NCBI RefSeq assembly: GCF_009914755.1
Contig: NC_060927.1
DNA: 64,000 bases
Reading direction: 5' to 3' (one strand)
DNA from: the human T2T-CHM13v2.0 reference genome, Homo sapiens
Part shown: in pieces, positions 12,163 to 48,000 of the stretch
How the letters are laid out: every line of letters begins with the position of its first letter
Numbering within the stretch: position 1 is the stretch's first letter
Notes under the pieces: generated by a model
Seen by the model: the letters and a program-made list of their open reading frames with translations, nothing else
Database searches by the model: none
What the model was told of the DNA's origin: nothing
Position numbers and translations under genes: made by a program

Positions 12163-13806
12163 GCTTGACCAAAGAATCTTAACTCTGAGCTGCTGAGGGT
12201 AGCATGGTATGGGTCGCCGGGGAGAGAGCCCTGTTTCGGGGGTTAAAGAAGATAAAGACAGCAAGGCTCTGTGGACTGGTGAAGCTGGCAGAAGGACGAC
12301 TAATGTGCCTGCCTCCTTGGCATCCTTCCTCCCATGTCTGTGGCCATGGGCACCCTTAGCTCAGCACTCCAGAGAGCTTGCTCACAGCCCTCATAATTCT
12401 CTTCCAACTTCAGACCTGCAGGTGGGTGTATCAGGGAGCCATCCGTTATAGGATCATGCCTGCCTACTTGCCAGGCTTCCAGCCTCTGAGCCCCTCACCA
12501 ATAGTGAACCCTAGAGGAGTTCTCTCAACTCCTTAGAGTCCTTGGGAATGCATCTGGAGGGTTCTGTGATGCCAAATCTGCTTTTGTGCTTCAAGAGCAC
12601 TGGAGTTGGAGTCGAATATCAGATCTCAGCTCTGTTGCTGGTAGCAGAAATAACCACAGCTGGTAGCAGAAGGTAGCCACAGCAAATTCCTCAACCTTTC
12701 TGAGCACCTTCTTGGTTTCTTTATAGGATTGTTATGAGGATTTGCTGACAAGAACAATGTATCAGCACTCAAAAAAGTGACTCTTGTGTGACCATCTGAT
12801 TTGAAGGACTATCATATGGGAAAAGAAGTGATATTTCAATCAGTGACTCCAGAGATAGATCAGTTTGGGCTCAAAGGAAGGAAAGTGACTAGCTCAGGCT
12901 GTCTTCTGAGAGTTCCCAGTCAGTGGGACTGTTCGGCCCTGACAGGCTGTAGAGAAGGGCCCTCCCTGAGGTAGGAGGCAGCACTAGATGGGCCTCCGGG
13001 GTGGCTTCCAATTTTATGATTCCATGAAAGTCGTGTGAGCAGCCTGCATGTATGGCAATACGGGCCGGTGCTGCAGGACTTCAGAGAGGCGGGATCAAGG
13101 AACTGGAGCCCCTGAGAAAGGCCTAGCTTTTGGAGGTGAGAGGGGAGTCAGCAGAAGATAGTTGGTTTGAAGGATGGAAAACGTGGTGTCAGCCAGCTCC
13201 ATTTCGGAAAGCACAGGACAGAGAAGGGAGAGAGAGGAACCTGGCGTGGAAGAGTGGGAGGTCACTCCTGCTCACTCTGGACTGCGCATCACGGCAGCCT
13301 CCTCTTCACTCCCAAACCCCACTTAGCTGGGGGGCTGTCTTTCCACAGCTGCTGACTCTGGAGCTGCTCTGCTGACATTAGGCCTCAGTCCACAGATTCT
13401 TCAGTGAAATCCTGGGCTCCCTGTTTCTCCTGGCCAGACCACACTCACCAACACCTTCGTGGGCAACCTGGCTGGTCCCCAGTAGGGCCTGGACTCCCTC
13501 AATTCCAGCCCCTCCAACCAGGCTTCATTGCACTTTGTGCTAACCCCAGCGAGCTGCATGAGATCGCAGTTCCCACTTGGCCTTGACATTCTTGAAGGCC
13601 AGACTGTGGCTTAGTCATCTCTGCATCTGCTGTGCCTGTCACAGGTTGGGTTCCTTGGGAAGCGGCTTGGAGAGGCCAACATGCAGGGCATTTATTGTGG
13701 TTGCTCCTGGGATCAACACCCAGGAAAGCAGGCCCAGGTGACAGACTGGAGCAGAGGGAGAGGTTGAGCAGCAATGCAAGCCCAGTGTGCGCCTCCGCCA
13801 GCTTAG

Positions 13807-14487
<681 letters not shown>

Positions 14488-14786
14488 GGGACTTTTTTTT
14501 TGTTTTGTTTTAACTTCCCCTTGTTTCAAGACAATGCTAAGGAACTTTAAAATTGTAGCAGTTCATATTTGCTGGGCTCTTACTGTGTAGTGGCAGGGTT
14601 GTAATTGCGTTACCTATATTAACTCAGTCAATCCTTACAACAGCCCTATATGACTGGCATAATTATACCCTTGTTTTGTGCATGAGGAAATACAGGGAAT
14701 TGACATACTGGATGGCAGGGCTGGGACTCAAGGACAGTCTGACTCTGGAGCACAGCTCTTTTGTTTTTCTTTTTTTCTTTTTTCTT

Positions 14787-15611
<825 letters not shown>

Positions 15612-15837
15612 AGGAGCACAGCTCTTAACTGCCACACTGTGCTGCCACCTGCCTTTTAATGTGCAGTAGAGTCGTGGCTTGTTAATTCCATCACTTAAAA
15701 CTCATCCTTAGTGTCAGGGGCAGGGGCCTTGAACACACTTCTCTCAGGAGAGCAAGCCGGTGAGTAGAAGTTCCTGGGACAGTGGCTGACACATGCTAGG
15801 TGGTCAGTGAGTAGTTAGTTGTTCGTGAAATAAATGG

Positions 15838-17785
<1,948 letters not shown>

Positions 17786-18561
17786 AGGAGTTTGGGGCAG
17801 AAAGATGTTGTTTTGCTTGGTTTAAATACCTGTGTGCACAGAGATGGGGCAAGAACCCAAGTATCTGGGTCCCAGCCTTTTTACATCCAGGTCAACTGGT
17901 CTCAAATTTGTTTTGAGCCCCCTGTGGGGCTATTCATGCAATGGGTGACATTCTCATGTCCCTCATGCCTTTGAGCACACCCAGGGGCATGCCCATCTGT
18001 CCTTTTAAGGAAGTATTTTGAACCCAGAATGAGGGATAGTGAATCTGATTTAATTTGTTTTTAACTTGTAAATTAGGGAGCCCACTCTGGAGTCAGGAAG
18101 AACTGCATTTGAGTCTGGATTCTATTATGTATTGGTTGTGTGACCTTGGCAAATTAAGCCTCTCTGCACTTCAGTTTCCTGTTCTATAAAATGGGAATGA
18201 TAATAGTCCCTGCACTGAAGAATTACGGTGAATATTAAATAAGACAATACAAGCAGGCCAGGCACAGTGGCTCACGCCTGTAATCCCAGCACTTTGGGAG
18301 GCTGAGGCAGGCAGATTGCTTGAGCCCAGGAGTTCAGGACAAGCCTGGGCAACATGGCGAGACCCTGTCGTCTCTATTTGAAAGAAAGAAAAATAATTTT
18401 TTTAAAAAAAGATAATGCAAGCAAAATTCTCATTATGGTTTCTAGCAGTTCAATAAGTATTAGCCATTATGATGACTATTAGTATTTGTTGAGCCCCTCA
18501 CTACTTTGTTGATTTTTAGTGAGATATTGATTGTAATGTTCTGTGGCTGAGAACCACTGTA

Positions 18562-19272
<711 letters not shown>

Positions 19273-19473
19273 ATATTTAGTCATAGTGCCTCAGCAAAAA
19301 TGAAAAGGTATCCTCGCCTCCAACTTTGTTTCCTTGGGCCCAGAAGAAACCCCTCCTTGGTTGCCCCCACTGCACACACATGCACACACACACACATACA
19401 CGTACTTCTGCTTCTTTCTATCTTGTTCCAGGTTGGTAACTCTCCATCAGTGTAGGGTCCAGGTGTTTCTTGA

Positions 19474-19865
<392 letters not shown>

Positions 19866-20041
19866 TGAACTCTGCAGTGAGAACACAGGTATAGCATACC
19901 CAGAACTTGGGAGTAGAGTTATATTAGAGTAAAACTAGTGAGAACCTACAGATAGTGGTTGAGATGTAGAAGTCATTCAAGATATTGTAAACAGTGGTTT
20001 GGTGGTGTCAGGTTAGGGGCATATTTAAGAACCATCAGGTT

Positions 20042-20655
<614 letters not shown>

Positions 20656-20891
20656 TCACCCACAGAGGATGTGCTGACTTAGGAAGACGGACTTTCAGGC
20701 CACCTGTCAGCTGCGTTTCTAATGATGAATTAATAAACTGGCATCTAGCTTACATATCAGTCTCTAAGTTTCACCAGTATAAGATAGAACCCCTTAGCTT
20801 GATCCAATAATAACACAAGCATTCTGTACAAAGCATTGTTCTAAGCATTTAACATGAATTAACTCATTTAATCCTTACAACAAGCCAATGA

Positions 20892-22950
<2,059 letters not shown>

Positions 22951-24049
22951 CCCCTTCCTCCTGAGTAGTCTCTCCCGCTCCTCCTCTGGCTTCCTATGGC
23001 ACTTTGGTTCCACCCCTCTTGGTGAACTGGTTACTTGCGGCCTTAAAGGACCATCCTCTGCATACAAGTTGCAAGACAAGAGGCCCTGTCTGATTCATCT
23101 TTGAATCCCTTGTGGGGCCAGCATTGAGCCAGGAACACAATGGCAATACTCAAAAGTATGTGGAAAGGAATATTCTTAGGTCTCCATAGCTGCACTTCTC
23201 TAGCCTTATGGGTCTATATCCCAGCAAGTCCATGGAAGTATTTGTACAATTAACAGTGCTGTGTATGGTTCCTTGCGTTGGAACAGCTGGTGCAGCTCCT
23301 TTGAAAGAAAGACTATGGCAAGCACTTATTTAGCATCCTCCCTCCCTCCCTCCTTCTCTCTCTCTCTCTCAATCTCTCAGATTGCTGTCACCCAGGTTGC
23401 CACTGAAGATATTAGTTGTGCATTTCTGCTACTGCCTAATTTCAGGTAAAGCTTTCTACTGATTTTGTTTTTGGTTTGTTTTTTTTTATAAAAGCAATTA
23501 GCACACTGGTTGGATTTTTGAAAATTAAAAAAGTCCTGCTTCTTCTTCTTCATTCTTCCCCTTCCCTTCCTGAGTAATTCAGTCCTGATGCCATTAGGTG
23601 GAGAAGAATGGGGTTAGGTATCTGCACTAGGGTTGGGGGCTCCCTTGGTATTTCAGAGCAGGATGTCCGACCCTGAGGAGGGCATCTGTGTAGGAAGGTT
23701 GCCCAGTGTGAGTGTCAGAGCCTGAGCAAGGTGAGGACATCCATGTATGGCCTGGTACCAGAGCGTCAGAGACTCAACAGCGTGAACCTGCAGCAATGGG
23801 GTGGGAGTGAAGCCCGGTGTGGAGAGTCAGAGCCCAGGAAGGGCCCAAGGAGGGCATTGCTGAGGAAGGAAGGGCCAGGGCAGGGTGTCTGGCAAGGCTG
23901 GGATGCAGAGGGCATTCATCATTTATCGTAGGTGATGGGGAAAGCAACCCAGTGCAACCCAAGACTGAACAAAGTGAGAAGGGCACTGAGTGTGGAAGCG
24001 GGAGCAGTGACAGGAGACTGATCTAGAGGTAAACGTGTGAAGGAAAATG

Positions 24050-27470
<3,421 letters not shown>

Positions 27471-27486
27471 GGCATCAGATTGGCTA

Positions 27487-30739
<3,253 letters not shown>

Positions 30740-30939
30740 CTATTGGTATTTTGAAGTATACCACATAAATAATTATGGTGTTATGTATATGAATACATAC
30801 CTATAAATATTTTTACATGTGGCTATCTATATCTACAGTAAGCTACACATGGATTCATACTGATGACTCCAACTCCAATCCATTACTGCATGGATCATTC
30901 TGACCTTTCCCCCTTGCTCACCTATATGTTCTCATTCTT

Positions 30940-31586
<647 letters not shown>

Positions 31587-31599
31587 CTACCTCCCACCA

Positions 31600-32935
<1,336 letters not shown>

Positions 32936-33393
32936 TAGCAGTTATTTATGGTATTTTCAAAGTGTTCTTTTTGTTATTTATTTTTAGTTGTACTGCATAA
33001 TGGTTAGGGAACATAGTCTATGTGACACTGATGTGGATCTAATGGTGGAATGAATTTTGGTCTTTCTTTGTGACCTAATGCATGGCTTATTTTTGTAAAT
33101 CTTCTGAGTGTACATGAAAAGAGTATTTCCTGTTTGTGCAATCCAGCAGAACACAGGAGTTCAGAGCATAAGCTTTGGAGTCAGCCTGCGTAGTTTCCCA
33201 CCCTGCTCTAAGGTTAGTAACAATATGAGCTCAGGCAAGCTTTATTCCCTATGCTTCAGATCCTTTAATAAATGGAAATAATAACAATAGTATCTACCTT
33301 TTAGAGTTATCGTAAGGATTAAAACAGCTAGTATTTGTAAAGTACCTAGAACGGTGCCTGGCACTGTAGTAAGTATGATATAAATGTTTGTAA

Positions 33394-34793
<1,400 letters not shown>

Positions 34794-34830
34794 TCAAATT
34801 TTAGAAAGTTAATACAATAATACTTTAACA

Positions 34831-35157
34831 CAGGAGTCCTCAACCCCTGGGCTGCACATCAGTACCCTATTAGGGTGGCCTATTAGGAACCGGCCGAACA
34901 GCAGGAGGTAAGCCACGGGCCAGGAAGCATTATCACCTGAGCTCAGATCAGCCCCGCATTAGATTCTCATAGGAGCGCAAACCCTATTGTAAATTGTGTG
35001 TGCGAGGGATCTAGGTTGCCTGCTCCTCATGAGAATCTAACTAATGCCTAATGATCTGAGGCAGAGCAGTTTCAACCGGAAACAGTCCCCTGCATCCGTG
35101 GAAAAACTGTCTTCTAAGAAACTGGTCCCTGGTGCCAAATAGATTGGGGACCATCGT
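34831..35157 (+). mobile_element. MER1B-like hAT-Charlie non-autonomous DNA transposon
   Basis: Ends caggagtcctcaacccct and ttggggaccatcg; internal inverted repeat tagattctcataggagc ... gctcctcatgagaatcta characteristic of MER1. Confidence 0.8.
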
Positions 35158-35290
35158 CTAATTCAATACTGCCTGTTAGGTAACATCCCCAGTGGGGTCT
35201 GGAATGGTACTCTGTAATCAGACACATTCTTACTTCTGAAGCAAAACATGAATATTCACCCTGAATGGGATAACTACTATTATTATATAA

Positions 35291-40740
<5,450 letters not shown>

Positions 40741-40900
40741 TATTATTTAGGTAATTAATGGATGCTAAAACTGGTGGGTGAAACTTTGATGACGATTGGA
40801 ATAGTTACATACAATCAAATTGTCTCCCTACAAATGTACTTATTTAATTATGAAAAGAAAAATAGTAGCATTATAGTGGAGAAATCTGGCAAGCAACACC

Positions 40901-42163
40901 CGTGATGGTTAATTTTATGTGTCAACTTGAAGTGTTTTTGAATGAGATTAACACTGAAATTGGTGAATTTTGAGTAAGCACATTGCCCTCCAGAATATGG
41001 GTGGGTGTATGAGTCACAGTTCTCCAGACAGACAGAACCAATAGGGGATAGATGATGGATGAATGGTTGGATGGATGGATGGATGGATGGATGGATGGAT
41101 GGACAGACAGATAAATAGATAAATGGATGAGAGGGGATTTATTAGGCGAATTAGCTCACATGACTATGGATGCTGAGAAATCCCACAACCAGCCCTCTGC
41201 AAGCTGGAGACCCTGGGATGTGGCAGTCCAAGTCCAAGTCCAAATCCAAAGGCCTAGAGCCAGGGAAGCCAATGGCGTAACTCTCAGTTTGAGGCCATCG
41301 ACAACCTGAGAACCTGGGAGGCCTCTGGTATAAGTCCCAAGGCCAGAGAGCCTAGAGTTCTGATGTCCAAGGGCAGGAAAAGGAGTGTCCCAGCTCCAGG
41401 AGAAGGAGACAGAGGAAATTCTTTTCTCTCCTTTTTTGTTCTATGTGGGCCACCAGCAGATTGGATGGTGCCCTCCCACAATGAGGGCAGATCTTCCCTA
41501 CTCAGTCCACTTACTCACATGCCAATCTCTTCTAGAAACACCCTCACAGATGCACCCGAAGGAATGTTTTACCGCTTCTCTAGTCTTCTTTTTTTTTTCC
41601 AGACTATAGTCAGGCTTCTTTTTTTTTTTTTTTTTTTTTTTTTTTTGAGTTGGAGTTTCATTCTGTCACCCAGGCTGGAGTGGCGTGATCTCAGCTCACA
41701 GCAACCTCCGCCTCCCAGACTCAAGCAATTCTCCCACCTCAGCTGGGATTACAGTTGTCCACCACCACACCTGGCTAATTTTTGCATTTTTAATAGAGAC
41801 AGGGTTTTGCCATGTTTGCCAGGCTGGTCTCAAACTCCTGACCTCAGGTGATCTGCCCACCTCGGCCTCCCAAAGTGCTGGGATTATAGACGTGAGCCAC
41901 CGCGCCTGGCCCCGGCTTCTGAATAGGTCTTCCTTAATTTAGTCAAGCTAAGACCCAGAGTTAACCTTCACAATGTTCCTCATCTAATCACTTGAGGCCT
42001 GAACAGAACAAAAAGATGGACCTCCATGAGAAAGAGGAAATTCTCCAGCAGGCTGCCTCCAAATTTCATCTGCACCATCCGGTCTCCAGGGTCTTTAGCC
42101 CGCCAGCCCGCACTGGACTTGCCTGTACAAGCACACGAGCCAATTCCTTATTTTATATATACG

Positions 42164-42201
<38 letters not shown>

Positions 42202-42240
42202 CTCTGTTGGTTCTGTTTTCTCTGGAGAACCCTAACACAC
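40901..42240 (+). mobile_element. MLT2 (ERVL) solo LTR containing a second, antisense MLT2 LTR (about 41006-41971) that itself contains an Alu
   Basis: Outer start gtgatggttaattttatgtgtcaacttga and end ttggttctgttttctctggagaaccctaa. The inner element shows the reverse-complement ends (ttctccagacagacagaaccaatagg ... agtcaagc...ttaaccttcaca). (GGAT)n at about 41065-41103; Alu - about 41619-41910. Confidence 0.78.
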
Positions 42241-42504
42241 CACCTTATTGAAAGGATCAAAGTTAAAATCGCCAGTAACTGTAACTGACATGTACATCCT
42301 CCCAGTGAGATATAGTGAGAAGGGTACAACGTCACTTATGTGGTGTTCCTATGGGAAGTGCATATCCTGAATCTAATTATGAGGAAACAACAGACAAACT
42401 CAAACTGACGGACATTCTACAAAACAACTGGCCAGTACTCTTCAAATGTGTCAGTATCACAAAAGACAAAAAGGAGAAACTACTCCCAGTAGAAGACTCT
42501 TAAA

Positions 42505-44357
<1,853 letters not shown>

Positions 44358-46249
44358 TATATCTATATATCTATATCTATATGTATATCATCTATATCAT
44401 CTCTTCTCCTATGACTACCACGTAGCCCACCCCATGCTATCCCTCAGCCCGGCCTCAGATCTGGAATCTGGTTCCTGTGCTGTCCCCTTCTGCCCTTGGC
44501 TGTCATGCTGCTGCCTCACCACCAGAGGGCCTTCCAGCTGGGCCTCAGAGACCCTTCTTACTGCCCCACCCAAGGTGCCAGGCAGCCAGCACTGGCTCCC
44601 CACCCCCTGCCCCTCATCCTGCAGGGTGCCCTATGCTTTTTGTGGAGCCATTCACCTGTCTCTCCCTCCATTTGCCTCAGCTAAGGAGACCTTCCTAGCA
44701 AGATCTCAGGGTTGGTCCAGCTTTGCAGCAAAGTTTGACTTCTGCCAGTGTGTGTGTCTGGTCTCTGATAGGGATGCTATCTTCCTGGGAGGCTGTCTTA
44801 CATCTAAGCTCTCCTCAGGACCAAACAGAAGGACCTCTTTTTCCATTTCCATGTGTCGGAGACCTCCCTAATGACTGCTATTTGCAACCTCATGTTTGTC
44901 CAAGGGCTACATGTAGCTCTTGGTTCATTTGTAGAAGGGGCAGAGCACAAGGTGCTTGTGGAAAGGTGGCCACTGCCTGGACCTTTGTGAGGCCCTCAGG
45001 GCCAGGGCTGGTCCTACCTGAGGCCCTGGATCACCTGGAGGGACCATCAGCCCATCCACTGTTTCTCCCTAGGCCTGAAAGAGGGACCCTCGTTCAGGAT
45101 GAAGCTGAGAACAGACTCAGTAGAGAAAGGGGGAGAGAGGTGAATGGAACCATGACCCAGGTAGTATGGAAAGAGGGCTAGGACCCAGCTGGAGCTCCCT
45201 GTGTGTTGGGTACGTGTGACTGTGTCTGTGCTCCCTGTATCATTCCTGTGCATTTCCACCCATGAAATTCCCTGGGAAAAGGTCAAGCTCTCTCCACCAT
45301 GCTAAGTAGGGTGAGCAAAGGAGATGGTTGGGGTTGAGGGCTCAGATACTCAAGGAGGCAGGGATCCCCCCGGGGGATGATCCCTGGTGATAGTGATTGA
45401 AATCAGAAGGAGAGAGTTAATGCGGAGGAGTGAGAACCACGGGCCCGACTCGAAAGCTCACTTCCTACTGGCTGTCCTCCATCCCCAGCTCTCCTCAAGC
45501 TCTCTCTGCAGAATCTCAGTATGGCATCTGCCAAAAAGCTTACATGGATGATCCCCAAACATGGTCATCTCCTCTCACTTCCCCAGGGCTCTCAGACTCT
45601 TCCTTGGGGGACCTGGGAGAGGTTTTCCGGACCTTCCTACTTTTTGACAGCATAACACTGTCAAGCACATGCAAAGTCTGCCAATAACAAGGGGCCCTCC
45701 TGACAAGCAGAGATGTTTTCTCTTCAGGGCTGCGGTGATGGGTGGGGGTCACTGCTATGAGGGGACGGTCTGCAGCCATAAGAAGGCTCTTCAGGCTAGA
45801 AGGCTTCACTCCCAAGGCCCGCACAGCTGAAGAGACCAAGGGGTTATAGGCTGAGGGCGCTATTGTGCACACCCTCCCACCCCAGCAGAAGTGGTTGGCA
45901 CTGCAGCGATGCCAAGGCCGGCTGCTTGGGGGTGGGAGGAGGTCGCTGCAGTGATGAGGAATCCCTGCTTGGAGTGAGTGGTCACTGAAGTGGCTGCATG
46001 AACTAAAAGTACCTGCAGGGATGGGGGAGGTTTTCTGCAGTGATGAAGAGCACTTTGCAAAGGAAAGGGGCCAGCTTCTTGGGGGAAGAGTCCTGCGGTG
46101 ACGGTGATGGGGGGCTGGGGGGTTCGCTGCAGTCAGGAGGGAGGGTCTCTGCAGCGATGGGAAGCAACCCAGGGCAGGGGGTGGGGTGGGCTGGGGAATG
46201 GGATGCCGTCGTGGTAATGGGATAGCTGGGGTCGCGGCAGTGTCGGTGG

Positions 46250-48000
46250 CACTTGCAGGACGCCTGATTCCTGAAGAATGGAAAGGGTGGGGTCTCTGAG
46301 GCCTCGGTCCTGCAGTGACGGGGATCCGTTCGGCGGCGGGGACGCGGTCCCTGCACTGCGGTGCCCAGTCTGGCTCGGGCTGCCGCGGCTGGCGCGGAGG
46401 CGGTACCGCGCCCGAAGGAGGGGGGAGCGCCAGCCCCGCCGCAGCAGCAGCAGGCGTGGCCAGGGCAGGCTGGAGGGGCGGCCTCTCGGAACGGGGGCGG
46501 GACCACCGCCGGCAGGGCCCGCGCCCCTGCCGGGACTCAGAGCCGCTGCAGCCACAGTCGCGAACTGGCGGCCGGCAGGTGCCGGGACCGAGGGCCACCC
46601 GGAGCGCAGAGGCGGCACCACCCACACGGATCCCGTGGGCACCTAGAACTCCGCGGAGGGCGCGACGGTGAGGCTGAGACTGCCACAGGGAGCGGGGCGA
46701 TCCCCAGAGCCAGCCCGCGGCATCCCCTGCGCGGGCCGCGGCCACTGCAGGTGCCCCCTCCTCCCACATCAGCTCTGCCGGGGTAGGGAGCGGTAACCTG
46801 GCGGCTCCCACGGACTCTCCCTGGCCCGACACCTCTCCCGGGCTTGCCTCCCAAAGACCCCCTCTTTTCGCTTTCCCAGCTCGTTCTTCCCACCCTTAAC
46901 CCCTCCACTCCGGCCAGCACCCCCGTCGGATGAGGCACCAGGGAGAGAAAGACCAAGGCCCTTTCGGCGCCCCATCCACCCTGCCCCCGCGATCCCTCGC
47001 AGGGCCGGGGGCCTCCGGGGGGATTCGGGCCCTTTAAACCTCCGCCTTCCCGGAGCATCTTCCATCTCCACCCGCGCCGCTTCCGACAGCTGGCGGCCGC
47101 GGGGGGCCCCGGGGGGCCGGCAGGTACGGGGGTGGCTGCGAGGTTGGGAGTGGGCGGTGGAACAGCTGTGACCGCCCCCACCCCCGGGGGAGCCGCGGCG
47201 GGACTGCTGGGCGCCGAAGCGCGCGTTAATCATTAACCCTCCGCGGCCCGGCTGCCCAGGTAACGCGTGAGGATGCCCTCCTCGCCACCACGCCTGCCGC
47301 CCCCTTATCTCCCCCGCCACCTGTCGCCCTCAGGAGCTCCCGCTCGGCCTCGCGCCCCGGCAGGCCCCGTCCGGGTGCTGGAGTGAGACTCTCGCGCTGG
47401 CCTCTGGAGCGCGGGGTGGGCGTCCCGTCACCCTGCGCCCAGCTTCCCCGGCCCGTTCCCGCAGGGCCGGCCTCCCGGCGCCATGCCCGGCCTGTACTGC
47501 CCCTCCAGCTGGACGCCGCTGCCGCTCACGGACTCCTGGGTCCGGGCCTGCGCCAACGGCCCCTGCCTCAGCGTGCGGGCCCGGCTCACCTACCGCAACC
47601 CGCAGCCGCAGCCGGTGGACGGTGAGGCCCGGGTGGGGCGCGGGCGCGGCGGGGGGTGCGCCGGGCAGGGTCCGACGCCGCCTCCCGCCGCCCTCCCCAG
47701 GCGTGTTCGTGTACCCGCTGGCCGAGGCCGAGGTGGTGTCCGGCTTCGAGGCCGAGGCCGCCGGACGGCGCGTCTCCTTCCAGCTGCAGAGCCGGCGCCG
47801 CTCGCAGGCCGCCTGCTGCCGCGCTCTGAGCCCGGGGCTGGGGACCCCGACGCCCCGCCGCTGCGCGCAGGGTGAGTTCCGCGCGCCCGCACCCGCGCTC
47901 CTGAAAGCCGGGCGCAGCTCAGGCTCCCGCACCCGCTCGGCCTCCGCCCGTCCCCCGCCTTCCTCCGGGCACTGCCTTGTGCATTCATTGGCTCATCCTG
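46250..48000. promoter_or_regulatory. VWA5B2: CpG island / VWA5B2 promoter and first exons
   Basis: Very high GC and CpG density; GC box ggggcggg near 46493-46501; covers the putative non-coding exon 1 and the first two coding exons. Confidence 0.85.
46540..46667 (+). other. VWA5B2: Putative non-coding first exon of VWA5B2 (5' boundary approximate)
   Basis: Donor ACG|gtgagg at 46668 in the CpG island; matching acceptor cgccctcag at 47333 gives a 149-nt 5'UTR segment before the ATG at 47483. Confidence 0.55.

Noticed and set aside
45540-46832. 430-aa minus-strand ORF and other 120-214-aa ORFs over the VWA5B2 promoter
   Set aside because: Low-complexity Pro/Ala/Arg/Gly translations typical of stop-poor CpG islands; no recognisable domain.
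47364-47383. Possible REST/RE1 element (minus strand TCCAGCACC-C-GGACGGGGC) in the VWA5B2 5'UTR
   Set aside because: Half-site spacing is 1 nt instead of 2 and the right half deviates from GGACAGCGCC; too weak without ChIP data.
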